Below, one piece after another: positions 47,486 through 56,652 of a stretch of DNA of 64,000 bases. Origin of the DNA: a virus; the IMG/VR virus record IMGVR_UViG_3300047157_000171; one strand, given 5' to 3'. The translations under genes and the position numbers were made by a program. Each line of letters begins with the position of its first letter. Position 1 is the stretch's first letter. The notes beneath the pieces are model-generated. The model worked only from the letters and a program-made list of their open reading frames with translations, searched no databases and was not told the DNA's origin.

Positions 47486-50356
47486 ATGTCTCAGACGAAA
47501 AACAATATTAAAATGGTAACTACAGAACAAATTGAATCCTTTCTACTAGGAGAAGACGACGAAAAATATATTGTCGCATTAGAGTATGACTACAGAACCG
47601 ACAAGGTATACAAAGTTATTCAAGACCCTGATAAGGGCAAACAAATCAAATCAGATACCTTTACTCCATTCGCTTGGGTTGGCGACCTTAGAGGGAAGAA
47701 CTTCTATAATGGGTCAAAAGCACAACAAAAAGATGCGATGACACATAACGGTATTATGATTGAAACTCTTAATACTATGGGTGACCCGAGAATGGAATCA
47801 GGTCTTAGGTACATCGTAAAATCAACAAAATCTTACTCATCATTAGTAAACTTCTTTAGAAAGGGTGGTTTAGACCCGTGGAGTCGTGATAATTCAGATT
47901 GTATAACAATACTACCACCAGTGGAGATGTATTTGGTACAAAAAGAAAAAAGACTATTTAAAGGGTTTGAAGAATATGACGAACTACACCGTTTTGTTTT
48001 CGATATTGAAACAACGGGTCTATCACCTGAAACGAGTAAAATATTCTTAATAGGGATGAAAGATAACAAAGGTTATCAAAAATCTTTATCCGCAGAGAAC
48101 GAAGAAGAAGAAGCTAAAATCATTGAAGAGTTCTTTGAAGAGATACATAAAATAAAACCAACATTAATTGGTGGGTATAACTCGGCATTTTTCGATTTTC
48201 CATTTATATTACGTAGAGCGGAGATTTTAGGGTTAGATATTAAAAAGATAGCAAGAACCTTACACCCTGAAAAACCATTACGACAAAAAGATTCAATTCT
48301 TAAGTTAGCCAATGAAATGGAGGACTTCACACAAACAATGATGTGGGGGTATAATATTATTGATATCGCACATGCGGTACGTAGGACACAAGCAATTAAT
48401 TCAGACATTAAGAGTTGGGGTCTTAAATACATCACACAATTTATTGGTGCTGAAAAAGAGAATCGTGTATACGTACAGGGGGATAAGATTGGTAAAACCT
48501 ATTTTGATAACGAGCAGTTTTATTACAACCCTAAGTCTGGCGGGTTTAAGAAAATAGGAGACCCTGGTACAGAAAACTTACTACAGAGATTCCCAAATCA
48601 ATTTGAGATTAAGACAGGTAAGAATATCATTGAGATGTATTTGGATGATGACCTTTATGAGACTATGGTTGTCGATGAAGAGTTTAATCAAGCGAACTTT
48701 CTACTATCTAAATTGGTACCGACAACATATGAGAGACTATCGACTATGGGTACTGCGACATTATGGAAGATGATTATGCAGGCTTGGTCATATAAAAATG
48801 GTTTAGCAATTCCATCGAGGGGTGAGAAGAGACCATTTACAGGGGGGTTATCAAGATTACTAGCCGTGGGTTATTCAACCGATGTACTTAAACTCGATTA
48901 CTCGTCACTATATCCGTCAATTCAGTTAGTACACGATGTGTTCCCTAAGTGTGATGTGACAGGTGCGATGAAGATGATGTTAAAATATTTCCGTGATACT
49001 CGTATTAAATACAAAAAGTTAGCAGCAGATTTCTATGTGGAAGACCCTAAATTATCTTCTCAGTATAACCGTAAACAACTACCTATTAAAATTTTCATTA
49101 ACGCATTTTTTGGTTCATTATCAGCACCACACGTATTCCCGTGGGGTGATATGGATATGGGTGAACAGATAACATGTACAGGTAGACAATATCTTAGACA
49201 GATGATTATGTGGTTTATGGAGAGAGATTATAAACCATTAGTAATGGACACAGATGGGGTTAACTTCTCAGTACCTGAGGGTAGAGATGCTCACACATAT
49301 GTCGGTAAAGGATTAAATGGATTAGTTGTTGAGGGTAAAACGTATAGTGGTTCTGAAGCGGATGTTGCTGAGTATAATGACATCTTTATGAGAGACGAAA
49401 TGGGGTTAGATACTGACGGACAATGGCCCGCGACAATTAACTTAGCACGTAAGAATTACGCCCTTTTAACCAACACGGGAAAGGTTAAATTAACGGGTAA
49501 CACTATTAAGTCTAAAAAAATGTCTACATATATTGCAGATTTCTTAGATAAAGGGTTGGCGTTATTATTAGATGGTAAGGGACATGAATTTTTAGAGTAC
49601 TATTATGAGTATGTAACAATTATCTATAACAGACAGATACCACTTTCTAAAATTGCTAATAAAGCACGTGTTAAGCAATCAACCTCAGATTATAAAATAC
49701 ACATACAAAAGAGAACTAAGTCAGGTTCATTAATGTCTAGACAGGCACATATGGAGTTAATTTTAAAACACGAAATTAAAGTAGGTTTAGGTGATACAAT
49801 ATACTACGTTAACAACGGAGCACGTAAATCTCACGGTGACGTACAAAAAGTAAAAGATGTTGTAAAACTTAATTGTTATTTTATTCCTGAAGACGATATT
49901 ACAAAACACCCCGATAAGTTAGGTGAGTACAATATCCCAAGATACTTAGCGGCATTTAACAAACGTATCGAACCACTATTAGTGGTATTCAATACAGAAA
50001 TTAGGGATGAAATATTAGTTGACGACCCTAACGACAGACAATACTTCACACGAGGTCAAACAGAGTTGGTTAGAGGTTATCCTCGTAGAGACGGTGACCA
50101 AGATACGTTAGATGAGGTATTAACACTATCTGATACAGAACTTAAGTTTTGGAAAGATGTAAATATAGACCCATATTATATGTACGTAGACGGTACAATG
50201 TCATTGGTTGATAATAAAAGAATTGAGCATAACCAAGATTTATTAAAAAACTTTGTAGAGGTAGAGAAGAAAGCTTCAATAACCAATAGGGTAATACCAC
50301 AACCTAAACCTTTTGTTAAACCTAAAACGAACCAACAAACGTTTAAATTTAAATAA
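47486..50356 (+). CDS. Family B DNA polymerase (start may be ATG 47513)
   Basis: Exo FDIETTG, GYNSAFFDFPFI, YLDDDL; Pol LDYSSLYPSI, KIFINAFFG, MDTDG; no intein seen. Confidence 0.95.
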   Translation: MSQTKNNIKMVTTEQIESFLLGEDDEKYIVALEYDYRTDKVYKVIQDPDKGKQIKSDTFTPFAWVGDLRGKNFYNGSKAQQKDAMTHNGIMIETLNTMGDPRMESGLRYIVKSTKSYSSLVNFFRKGGLDPWSRDNSDCITILPPVEMYLVQKEKRLFKGFEEYDELHRFVFDIETTGLSPETSKIFLIGMKDNKGYQKSLSAENEEEEAKIIEEFFEEIHKIKPTLIGGYNSAFFDFPFILRRAEILGLDIKKIARTLHPEKPLRQKDSILKLANEMEDFTQTMMWGYNIIDIAHAVRRTQAINSDIKSWGLKYITQFIGAEKENRVYVQGDKIGKTYFDNEQFYYNPKSGGFKKIGDPGTENLLQRFPNQFEIKTGKNIIEMYLDDDLYETMVVDEEFNQANFLLSKLVPTTYERLSTMGTATLWKMIMQAWSYKNGLAIPSRGEKRPFTGGLSRLLAVGYSTDVLKLDYSSLYPSIQLVHDVFPKCDVTGAMKMMLKYFRDTRIKYKKLAADFYVEDPKLSSQYNRKQLPIKIFINAFFGSLSAPHVFPWGDMDMGEQITCTGRQYLRQMIMWFMERDYKPLVMDTDGVNFSVPEGRDAHTYVGKGLNGLVVEGKTYSGSEADVAEYNDIFMRDEMGLDTDGQWPATINLARKNYALLTNTGKVKLTGNTIKSKKMSTYIADFLDKGLALLLDGKGHEFLEYYYEYVTIIYNRQIPLSKIANKARVKQSTSDYKIHIQKRTKSGSLMSRQAHMELILKHEIKVGLGDTIYYVNNGARKSHGDVQKVKDVVKLNCYFIPEDDITKHPDKLGEYNIPRYLAAFNKRIEPLLVVFNTEIRDEILVDDPNDRQYFTRGQTELVRGYPRRDGDQDTLDEVLTLSDTELKFWKDVNIDPYYMYVDGTMSLVDNKRIEHNQDLLKNFVEVEKKASITNRVIPQPKPFVKPKTNQQTFKFK

Positions 50357-50390
50357 AAAAAGAAACCCATCAATTACGATGGGTTTTTTT
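50357..50390. terminator. Bidirectional intrinsic terminator
   Basis: AAACCCATC-AATTAC-GATGGGTTT with flanking A and T tracts. Confidence 0.8.
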
Positions 50391-50409
50391 AATTCGATGA
50401 TACTCTAAA

Positions 50410-51519
50410 TTAAATTGCGTTGAATGGTCCTTGGAATGGTCTGTAAGAAAGAGTCTTATTAAGGTTTTCCGCCTCACTTGCTCTTCTTTCTAACATCTTA
50501 TCAGGACGTAATCTTTCTAATCTTGCTTGTAGTTCTTCGATTAGTTTCATTTTTTCGTCTTTACCTTCAGTAAGTAATGAATCGTATTCTAAACTTAATT
50601 CCGAATCAGGAACTTTTAAGTTTCCACCAAACTTACCTCTAACACGACCCAAAGCTTCTTTACACGTCGCGATAAAGTATTTTCTTACCCAGTTTTGACC
50701 AGGTTTATTTAATGTCTCCCATGTCATATCTTCTGTTTCAACATCAGAAGGTAATTTAATAACGTCAGGATTATCTTTCATACATGCCTTTCTATCTTCA
50801 GTGTCGTAATACCAATACCATACTTTTGATTGGTTTAGTGATTTTGAACCAAAATCAAACCTACCACCTGGTACGTTCAATAAATGAATGAATTTACCAC
50901 CATCAGGTGCTGCGGTAACTCTATATGTTAAATCACCACCGATAATTCTATTTTTTAAGTTACGGTCCTGCATCCTTAGTAGAATGTCAAAGGCTGGCAT
51001 CATAAAGTATGACCCCATAATACCCATTTGTGCGAATCCACCACCACCTCCGATACCTGTACCACCAAAACCACCAAAACCACCCATAAAAGGGTCGATA
51101 AGTGACTCATTAAGTTCAGCACGGTTAAACCAAAGTAGTTCGTTTAATTCACGTCCTTTTGGTATGTGATACATTTGTTGACCTTCCTCTAATTGGATAA
51201 AGTCTTTTTGTAATACCCAATCACCGCCTGTCTGTAAACCAACAATCTTTGAGTATGCGTATGTATATTGTGTTTCGTAATCCATACTTCGAGTTGTAAA
51301 TGCTCTCGACAATGATTGTTCGTCAACATTTAATCCGTTTAACGAGGTCCATTGTGATTCAATCAACCAATCCTGTATGAATTGTTCATATTCACCTAAA
51401 GAAATTTCCAACAAAGAATCCATTTGGTCGTCATCTAATTCGATTGAACGAATAGGTGCTCCCAACAAGTGCATTGTTTGTTTGTATAATTTACCTTTAT
51501 TTTTTGAGTTTATAACCAT
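50410..51519 (-). CDS. Neck/head-tail adaptor protein (T4 gp13-like)
   Basis: LLGAPIRSIELDDDQM, WVRKYFIATCKEALGRVRGKF, LLTEGKDE. Confidence 0.8.
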   Translation of the reverse strand: MVINSKNKGKLYKQTMHLLGAPIRSIELDDDQMDSLLEISLGEYEQFIQDWLIESQWTSLNGLNVDEQSLSRAFTTRSMDYETQYTYAYSKIVGLQTGGDWVLQKDFIQLEEGQQMYHIPKGRELNELLWFNRAELNESLIDPFMGGFGGFGGTGIGGGGGFAQMGIMGSYFMMPAFDILLRMQDRNLKNRIIGGDLTYRVTAAPDGGKFIHLLNVPGGRFDFGSKSLNQSKVWYWYYDTEDRKACMKDNPDVIKLPSDVETEDMTWETLNKPGQNWVRKYFIATCKEALGRVRGKFGGNLKVPDSELSLEYDSLLTEGKDEKMKLIEELQARLERLRPDKMLERRASEAENLNKTLSYRPFQGPFNAI

Positions 51520-51555
51520 TATCTCTTTTATTATAAATATCTTTACTTCGGTTAT

Positions 51556-52800
51556 TTACTTAATCAGTTTAAGTAAGTTTCTAATGATATTAATATCTTC
51601 ATTCAGTTCTGTCACACCTGTTTGGAAAGCGATACCACCATCGCGTACGACATATTTACCATTTTCAGGAAAACACAGATTCGAAAGTGCGACGATATAC
51701 GACCCATCTTTAGGGTGTTTTCCGAAAACAATATAATCGGTTGTATATCTTTTAGCCTGTCCCACACCATGTATGATTGTTGAATTATTATCTAATGTAA
51801 CACCAGTAAAAGGTTTTATTTGTATTGTGTGTGTAATTTCTTCAGGTACGGTTTCATATGTGATAGCGTCTACCCCATCAACCATATCTTCTCCAACACC
51901 TGAACCACCTAATTTTTTAATGTTTAATCCGTTGAATAGAGGGCAATTTGTTAATAACTCAACAGTTTCTTCTTCTGTCTTATCACCTTTAGCGGATGTT
52001 ACACCGATTATTCTCTCAACTATTGATTTATATAGTTCACCGTCTTCTGATAGAATTGATAAGAGATTACTTCTATAAAATTGTTTAAGTTCGTAATATA
52101 TCCCACTTGTTGGTCTCCACAAATCAACACCCATTTCCTCAATAAGTTTAGCCATAACGATGTAGTTGGTGTTTATTCTATTTAAGGTATGATGCCACTC
52201 ACCATCTTTGGTCCACACTCCTTTTTTGTATCTACCGTTGTCGTCTTTCTCTCCGTACCACCTTTTTTTAGGTGAATAAACATACTCTAAGGCTTTATTT
52301 AAAAAGACTCTCCAATCACTGTTATAACCCTTTCCGTAAGTACTCATAATATCACGAGCAATATCAACTGATTTTCTCTCAGGACTTCTTAAAATTGCCG
52401 GTTTGATATAATTGATATAATAAAAACCCTCCTCTAAAAATAATGACTTATACTCACGCCTAATTAAATTTTTAACTTCAACTAATAATAAACCAGCATC
52501 TTTATTTAAATCGGCTGAGGATAAATCTAATAACACAGACATTACTTTGTGGTCAGTATTTATTCTATTTAGTATTTGATGCCATTCACCATTAGAGTCT
52601 AAAACCCCCGTGGGTGTGTCGGCACCACTTGATTCTTGCCATCTATCTAATGGTTCGTATATGTGTTTTAAAACTTTGTTTATAAACACCCTCCATTCTG
52701 ATTTAGGCCCATTACCGTATTGTGTTACTATATCCTTAGATTTTACTAACGATTTCTTAACATCGTATTTTTCCATTATAAGCATGCTTAAATTTTTCAT
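51556..52800 (-). CDS. Tandem-duplicated-domain protein with C-terminal PD-(D/E)xK-like nuclease domain
   Basis: Two copies of DI..YG.G..S.WRVF.NK.L...Y...W...GV...GEWH..LNRINT; C-terminal GEDMVDGVD...TIQIKP. Confidence 0.6.
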   Translation of the reverse strand: MKNLSMLIMEKYDVKKSLVKSKDIVTQYGNGPKSEWRVFINKVLKHIYEPLDRWQESSGADTPTGVLDSNGEWHQILNRINTDHKVMSVLLDLSSADLNKDAGLLLVEVKNLIRREYKSLFLEEGFYYINYIKPAILRSPERKSVDIARDIMSTYGKGYNSDWRVFLNKALEYVYSPKKRWYGEKDDNGRYKKGVWTKDGEWHHTLNRINTNYIVMAKLIEEMGVDLWRPTSGIYYELKQFYRSNLLSILSEDGELYKSIVERIIGVTSAKGDKTEEETVELLTNCPLFNGLNIKKLGGSGVGEDMVDGVDAITYETVPEEITHTIQIKPFTGVTLDNNSTIIHGVGQAKRYTTDYIVFGKHPKDGSYIVALSNLCFPENGKYVVRDGGIAFQTGVTELNEDINIIRNLLKLIK

Positions 52801-52866
52801 ATTATCCTTTTTATATAAATACCGTAAAAATATTAAACCCCATATTTCAAATCATATTAAAATAAG

Positions 52867-52898
52867 TTTGTAGTAATAGAATATTTTACTTATCTTTG
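52867..52898 (+). promoter_or_regulatory. Bacteroidota sigma-A type promoter
   Basis: TTTG (52867) - 20 nt - TATCTTTG (52891). Confidence 0.75.
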
Positions 52899-52934
52899 TA
52901 GTATAATAATAAGAACCATAAAAAAATAAATAAT

Positions 52935-53699
52935 ATGTCTACAGTTTACTCTTTCATCAGCGAATACAACGGAAACAATTCTTTCTTAAACTCTTTAAAG
53001 ACGGGATACGCAAAGTATGGCCGATTAACACCATCACAGTTGTCAGCGGCGGACAGAGTAATCACAAACATTCGTGAAAAAGTTAAATCAATGGCACCAA
53101 TCGAAGTTCGTAAGAATATCGAGCAAATTATGGATTACAAAGGGGATAATAAGTTCGTATTAGACCTTAAAGCTAAGTACGAAAAATACGGGAAACTAAC
53201 CGAGAAACAAATCGACGCAGGTTTGAAAGTTGTAAACCGTAAGGTTCAGAACAAAATGGCAAAACCTTTACGTTTACCTAAGACTGAAACAATTGTAGTT
53301 GGTCAAAGAACGGGTCGTAGTATCAAAGAAGAGAAGGGATTAGATTTCTTACCAATCCAAATTGATGTATCTCACATAATCGGTGTTTCTCGTAAAGCGG
53401 TTCATTTGAGAGGGAAACTATCTACTGTTGTTGGTTCTGTATGTCGTTGTTGTGGTAGAAAATTAACTGATGAGTTGTCAAAACTTACAGGTATGGGTAG
53501 AACATGTGCCAAAAACACCAATGTACCATACGTTAAAAACACGGACGACCTTGAGCGTTTTATGGAAGACTTAAAGGTTCGTGTAGATGAAATTGGAGAA
53601 TTTGATTTTTGGATTCCTAAATCACAAATTATCGAGTGGAAAGGAATTTACAAAGCAATGGCAAAAACAAGTTTCAGAACTTATGTGGTTACTTCTTAA
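52935..53699 (+). CDS. Zn-finger (DUF6011-like) protein with two N-terminal helical repeats
   Basis: CRCCGRKLTDELSKLTGMGRTCA; repeats YNGNNSFLNSLK..LTPSQ and YKGDNKFVLDLK..LTEKQ. Confidence 0.75.
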   Translation: MSTVYSFISEYNGNNSFLNSLKTGYAKYGRLTPSQLSAADRVITNIREKVKSMAPIEVRKNIEQIMDYKGDNKFVLDLKAKYEKYGKLTEKQIDAGLKVVNRKVQNKMAKPLRLPKTETIVVGQRTGRSIKEEKGLDFLPIQIDVSHIIGVSRKAVHLRGKLSTVVGSVCRCCGRKLTDELSKLTGMGRTCAKNTNVPYVKNTDDLERFMEDLKVRVDEIGEFDFWIPKSQIIEWKGIYKAMAKTSFRTYVVTS

Positions 53700-54297
53700 G
53701 TTTAATGATAATCTCGTCCCCTTTTCTTTTAATACTAAAGGAATCGGGGGATAGGTTTTTGTAGTAGTCTTCATACATTGAAAACTCATCTGTTGTTTTA
53801 CTATTTTTAGATTCTTTTAGAGGTGTAATCACTTTTTCGCTCATCTCCTGAATCTCCACTTCGCTGACATCGTAACTTCTAACATCCCTCTCTATCAACT
53901 CTAATTCGTTCCACTCTGAATCTTCAAGAATTCTTTTTTCTATGTCCTCTTTGGAATAACCTTCAAGGGTACCTTCATAATAATCTGTGCCATACCCACT
54001 CCACATAACTTCAGCTCCTACCTCAAATCGTTTAAGTTTTGGTTCTTTAATGAAATTTTCGTCATTTACGTTTAACGTTGGGGATAATTGAAAGCTAGCA
54101 ATCGCTTTGTTAACTAATCCTTCCTCTTGCCATTGAAACCCAAACTGTCTTGCGTATTTTCTAATCGATGATACTATTTTCTCGGGGTCATCACTAAAAT
54201 TATGATATTTAGATGATAACACTCTAGAAACAAAAACAAGAAATTGGTCATATTTAACCTCTGTTATTTCTTCCGTAATACGTTTTCTTAAATTCAT
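53689..54297 (-). CDS. Hypothetical late protein
   Basis: 202 aa, late motif at 54316. Confidence 0.7.
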   Translation of the reverse strand: MNLRKRITEEITEVKYDQFLVFVSRVLSSKYHNFSDDPEKIVSSIRKYARQFGFQWQEEGLVNKAIASFQLSPTLNVNDENFIKEPKLKRFEVGAEVMWSGYGTDYYEGTLEGYSKEDIEKRILEDSEWNELELIERDVRSYDVSEVEIQEMSEKVITPLKESKNSKTTDEFSMYEDYYKNLSPDSFSIKRKGDEIIIKLKK

Positions 54298-54327
54298 TAG
54301 TGTGTGTTGTAAAATAATAAATAGTCA

Positions 54328-56076
54328 TTAACCCTCTTTGAGAGCCGAAAGTAGGTCTTCCATAACCGAATTACCCATATTATCTTCGTTATCTCCCATA
54401 ACAGTGTCTATAACATTTTTCTTTCTTTGTAAAATATCATAGATAATCATTTCTATTGTGTTTTCAAACACTGGATAAAATACAGATACGTTTGATTGTT
54501 GACCATAACGATACGCTCGGTCCTCTGCTTGTGAATGGTCTGAAGGTACAAAAGATAAATCGTTAAAGATTACGACCTCACCTGCGGTTAGGGTAATACC
54601 CACACCAGCGGCCTTAATGTTTCCAACAAAAACCTGTATTTTGTCGTCAGTCTGAAACCTATCAACAGACTCTTGTCGTTTTGCTTTACTCATTTTACCG
54701 TTTAAGGTTACAGAACGTTTGTTGTATTTCCACGCAATCTCTTCTAATGTTGCGGTAAAACTTGTAAACACAATGACTTTTTTACCTTGTTCGATGGCAC
54801 TGTCAATTAATTCGTATGTTGACTTTAGTTTGGCCTCTGCAATTATTTGTCTAGCGACCATTAACTTAGATAATTTAACCGCCAATGTTTTTTTAGTGTT
54901 ATCGTTGTTTGCCCATTCAACATATTCACCAATCTCTTTTTCATATTCTTTAGATTTTAAATTAAGATAAACAGGGGTTATAATCTTATCGGGTAAATCT
55001 AAGATGTCTTCTTTTAGTCTTCTAAGTACTTGAGGTTTTGTTCTATCTCTTAATTCCTCTAAATTAGATGCTCCGTTAACATTCCACACTTTTCTATTAC
55101 CGGCTTGGAATTGGTAACCATCACAATATCTCTTAACATAACCCGCCCAATTAATAGTTAAGGGAGAGTCTACAATATGTAATAAGTTAAAGTAGTTGAT
55201 TGGTCTTGATGTCATTGGTGTTCCTGTGAGTAACCATACACGACCAACTTGTCTAACCATATGGTTTACTAATTGTGTTCTTTTAGCTTGTTTGTTTTGT
55301 ATATAATGGGCTTCATCAATTAAAACCAAATCAAACCCTTCATCTAATATTTTAGATTTAAACTCGTCATCGTTCTTTTTTGGTATTTCATGGAAGTTTT
55401 TTAATATGTCATAATTGATAATAACAAACTTACCATCATCCCATTTTTTACCTTCAACTATGGCGACATTTTCATCGGTATAGTTTTTAATTTCTCGTTT
55501 CCAATTTAATTTAAGTGATGCGGGACAAATAACCAATATTTTATTTGCACCACTTTCAACCGCAGCAATGACCGCTGAGGTTGTTTTCCCTAACCCCATA
55601 TCATCGGCTAAAATATATTTATCGTTTCCTAACAATTTTACAATAGCCTCTTTTTGGTGGTCCATTGGAGGTCTATGGTTATATGGTTCCCAATCAACCT
55701 CAACTTTTCGTTCGTTGTATGTGATAATATGAGATTTAGGAATCCACATACATTCTAAGGCGGCTTTATCTAATATTTTACCATAGATGTGAAACGCCTT
55801 TTCTGTTTGTGTTAGTAATTTCTCGATATATATTTTTTTGATTGGTTGTGGTAATAGTCTTTCTTCTCTTAACTTATCACCAAAGTAAGAGTCCAACTCA
55901 ACCCACTTTCTCGCAACTTTAGGAGTATTTTCGTGGTTTTTAATTATGTACTCAGCCTGTGAACGAGACGGTTTATATCCCTTAGTAAAGAAAAGTTTTT
56001 CCTTACACCCTAGAATATAGTTATTTCCTCCTTCATATTTTTTTAATATTTCTATTGCTTTCTGTTCTGGAATCAT
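54328..56076 (-). CDS. SNF2/HARP-like SF2 helicase
   Basis: LADDMGLGKT, LIDEAH, LTGTP, GVGITLT, QAEDRAYRYGQ. Confidence 0.92.
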   Translation of the reverse strand: MIPEQKAIEILKKYEGGNNYILGCKEKLFFTKGYKPSRSQAEYIIKNHENTPKVARKWVELDSYFGDKLREERLLPQPIKKIYIEKLLTQTEKAFHIYGKILDKAALECMWIPKSHIITYNERKVEVDWEPYNHRPPMDHQKEAIVKLLGNDKYILADDMGLGKTTSAVIAAVESGANKILVICPASLKLNWKREIKNYTDENVAIVEGKKWDDGKFVIINYDILKNFHEIPKKNDDEFKSKILDEGFDLVLIDEAHYIQNKQAKRTQLVNHMVRQVGRVWLLTGTPMTSRPINYFNLLHIVDSPLTINWAGYVKRYCDGYQFQAGNRKVWNVNGASNLEELRDRTKPQVLRRLKEDILDLPDKIITPVYLNLKSKEYEKEIGEYVEWANNDNTKKTLAVKLSKLMVARQIIAEAKLKSTYELIDSAIEQGKKVIVFTSFTATLEEIAWKYNKRSVTLNGKMSKAKRQESVDRFQTDDKIQVFVGNIKAAGVGITLTAGEVVIFNDLSFVPSDHSQAEDRAYRYGQQSNVSVFYPVFENTIEMIIYDILQRKKNVIDTVMGDNEDNMGNSVMEDLLSALKEG

Positions 56077-56138
56077 AATTGCGCATTATACTAAATAATA
56101 AACATTAAACTAAACTTAATCAAGAGATATTTATTAGT

Positions 56139-56651
56139 ATGGGTAAAAAGAAACAACCGATTAATAGATTAAACAAGTTTTTTTCGTATGACGACTTTGA
56201 CTTAGATTTATCTATGGGTGAGGAATGGTTACACGGAGACATAAACTTTGATTTGGTTTTATTTAGAGTTGATAGGTCTAAAACTGTTGATGACGTATAT
56301 GGTGAATCGGGTAAAGGGGAGATTAAGTTCTTACCACCGACCGAATTTAAAGGGATGGTTCTTATTGGTGCACCTGACAACAAAACATATTCAAATGGAT
56401 TGGGTAGGTATTTAGAGCCTGGTAATATGACCATATCGGTCTATAAACACCATTTAGAAGAGAAGGGTATTGATGTGTCCTATGGGGATTACATCGGATT
56501 CTATGAGTCAGAGACAAGAGTAAGATATTATGAGGTTGCCAATGACGGTAAAGTGGTTTCAGATAATAAACATACAATCGGAGGATTCAAATCTTTTTAC
56601 AGAACATTACTTTGTACACCTGTAAGTGGTGACCAATTTAAAGGAGTATAA
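56139..56651 (+). CDS. Head-closure/neck protein (gp14-like by position)
   Basis: 170 aa after a late motif, upstream of the tail terminator and sheath. Confidence 0.55.
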   Translation: MGKKKQPINRLNKFFSYDDFDLDLSMGEEWLHGDINFDLVLFRVDRSKTVDDVYGESGKGEIKFLPPTEFKGMVLIGAPDNKTYSNGLGRYLEPGNMTISVYKHHLEEKGIDVSYGDYIGFYESETRVRYYEVANDGKVVSDNKHTIGGFKSFYRTLLCTPVSGDQFKGV

Positions 56652-56652
56652 T

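Noticed and set aside
19125-50356. Inteins, introns or homing endonucleases in terL, MCP or the polymerase
   Set aside because: No splice-junction motifs (C...HN), LAGLIDADG/HNH motifs or frame interruptions were seen.
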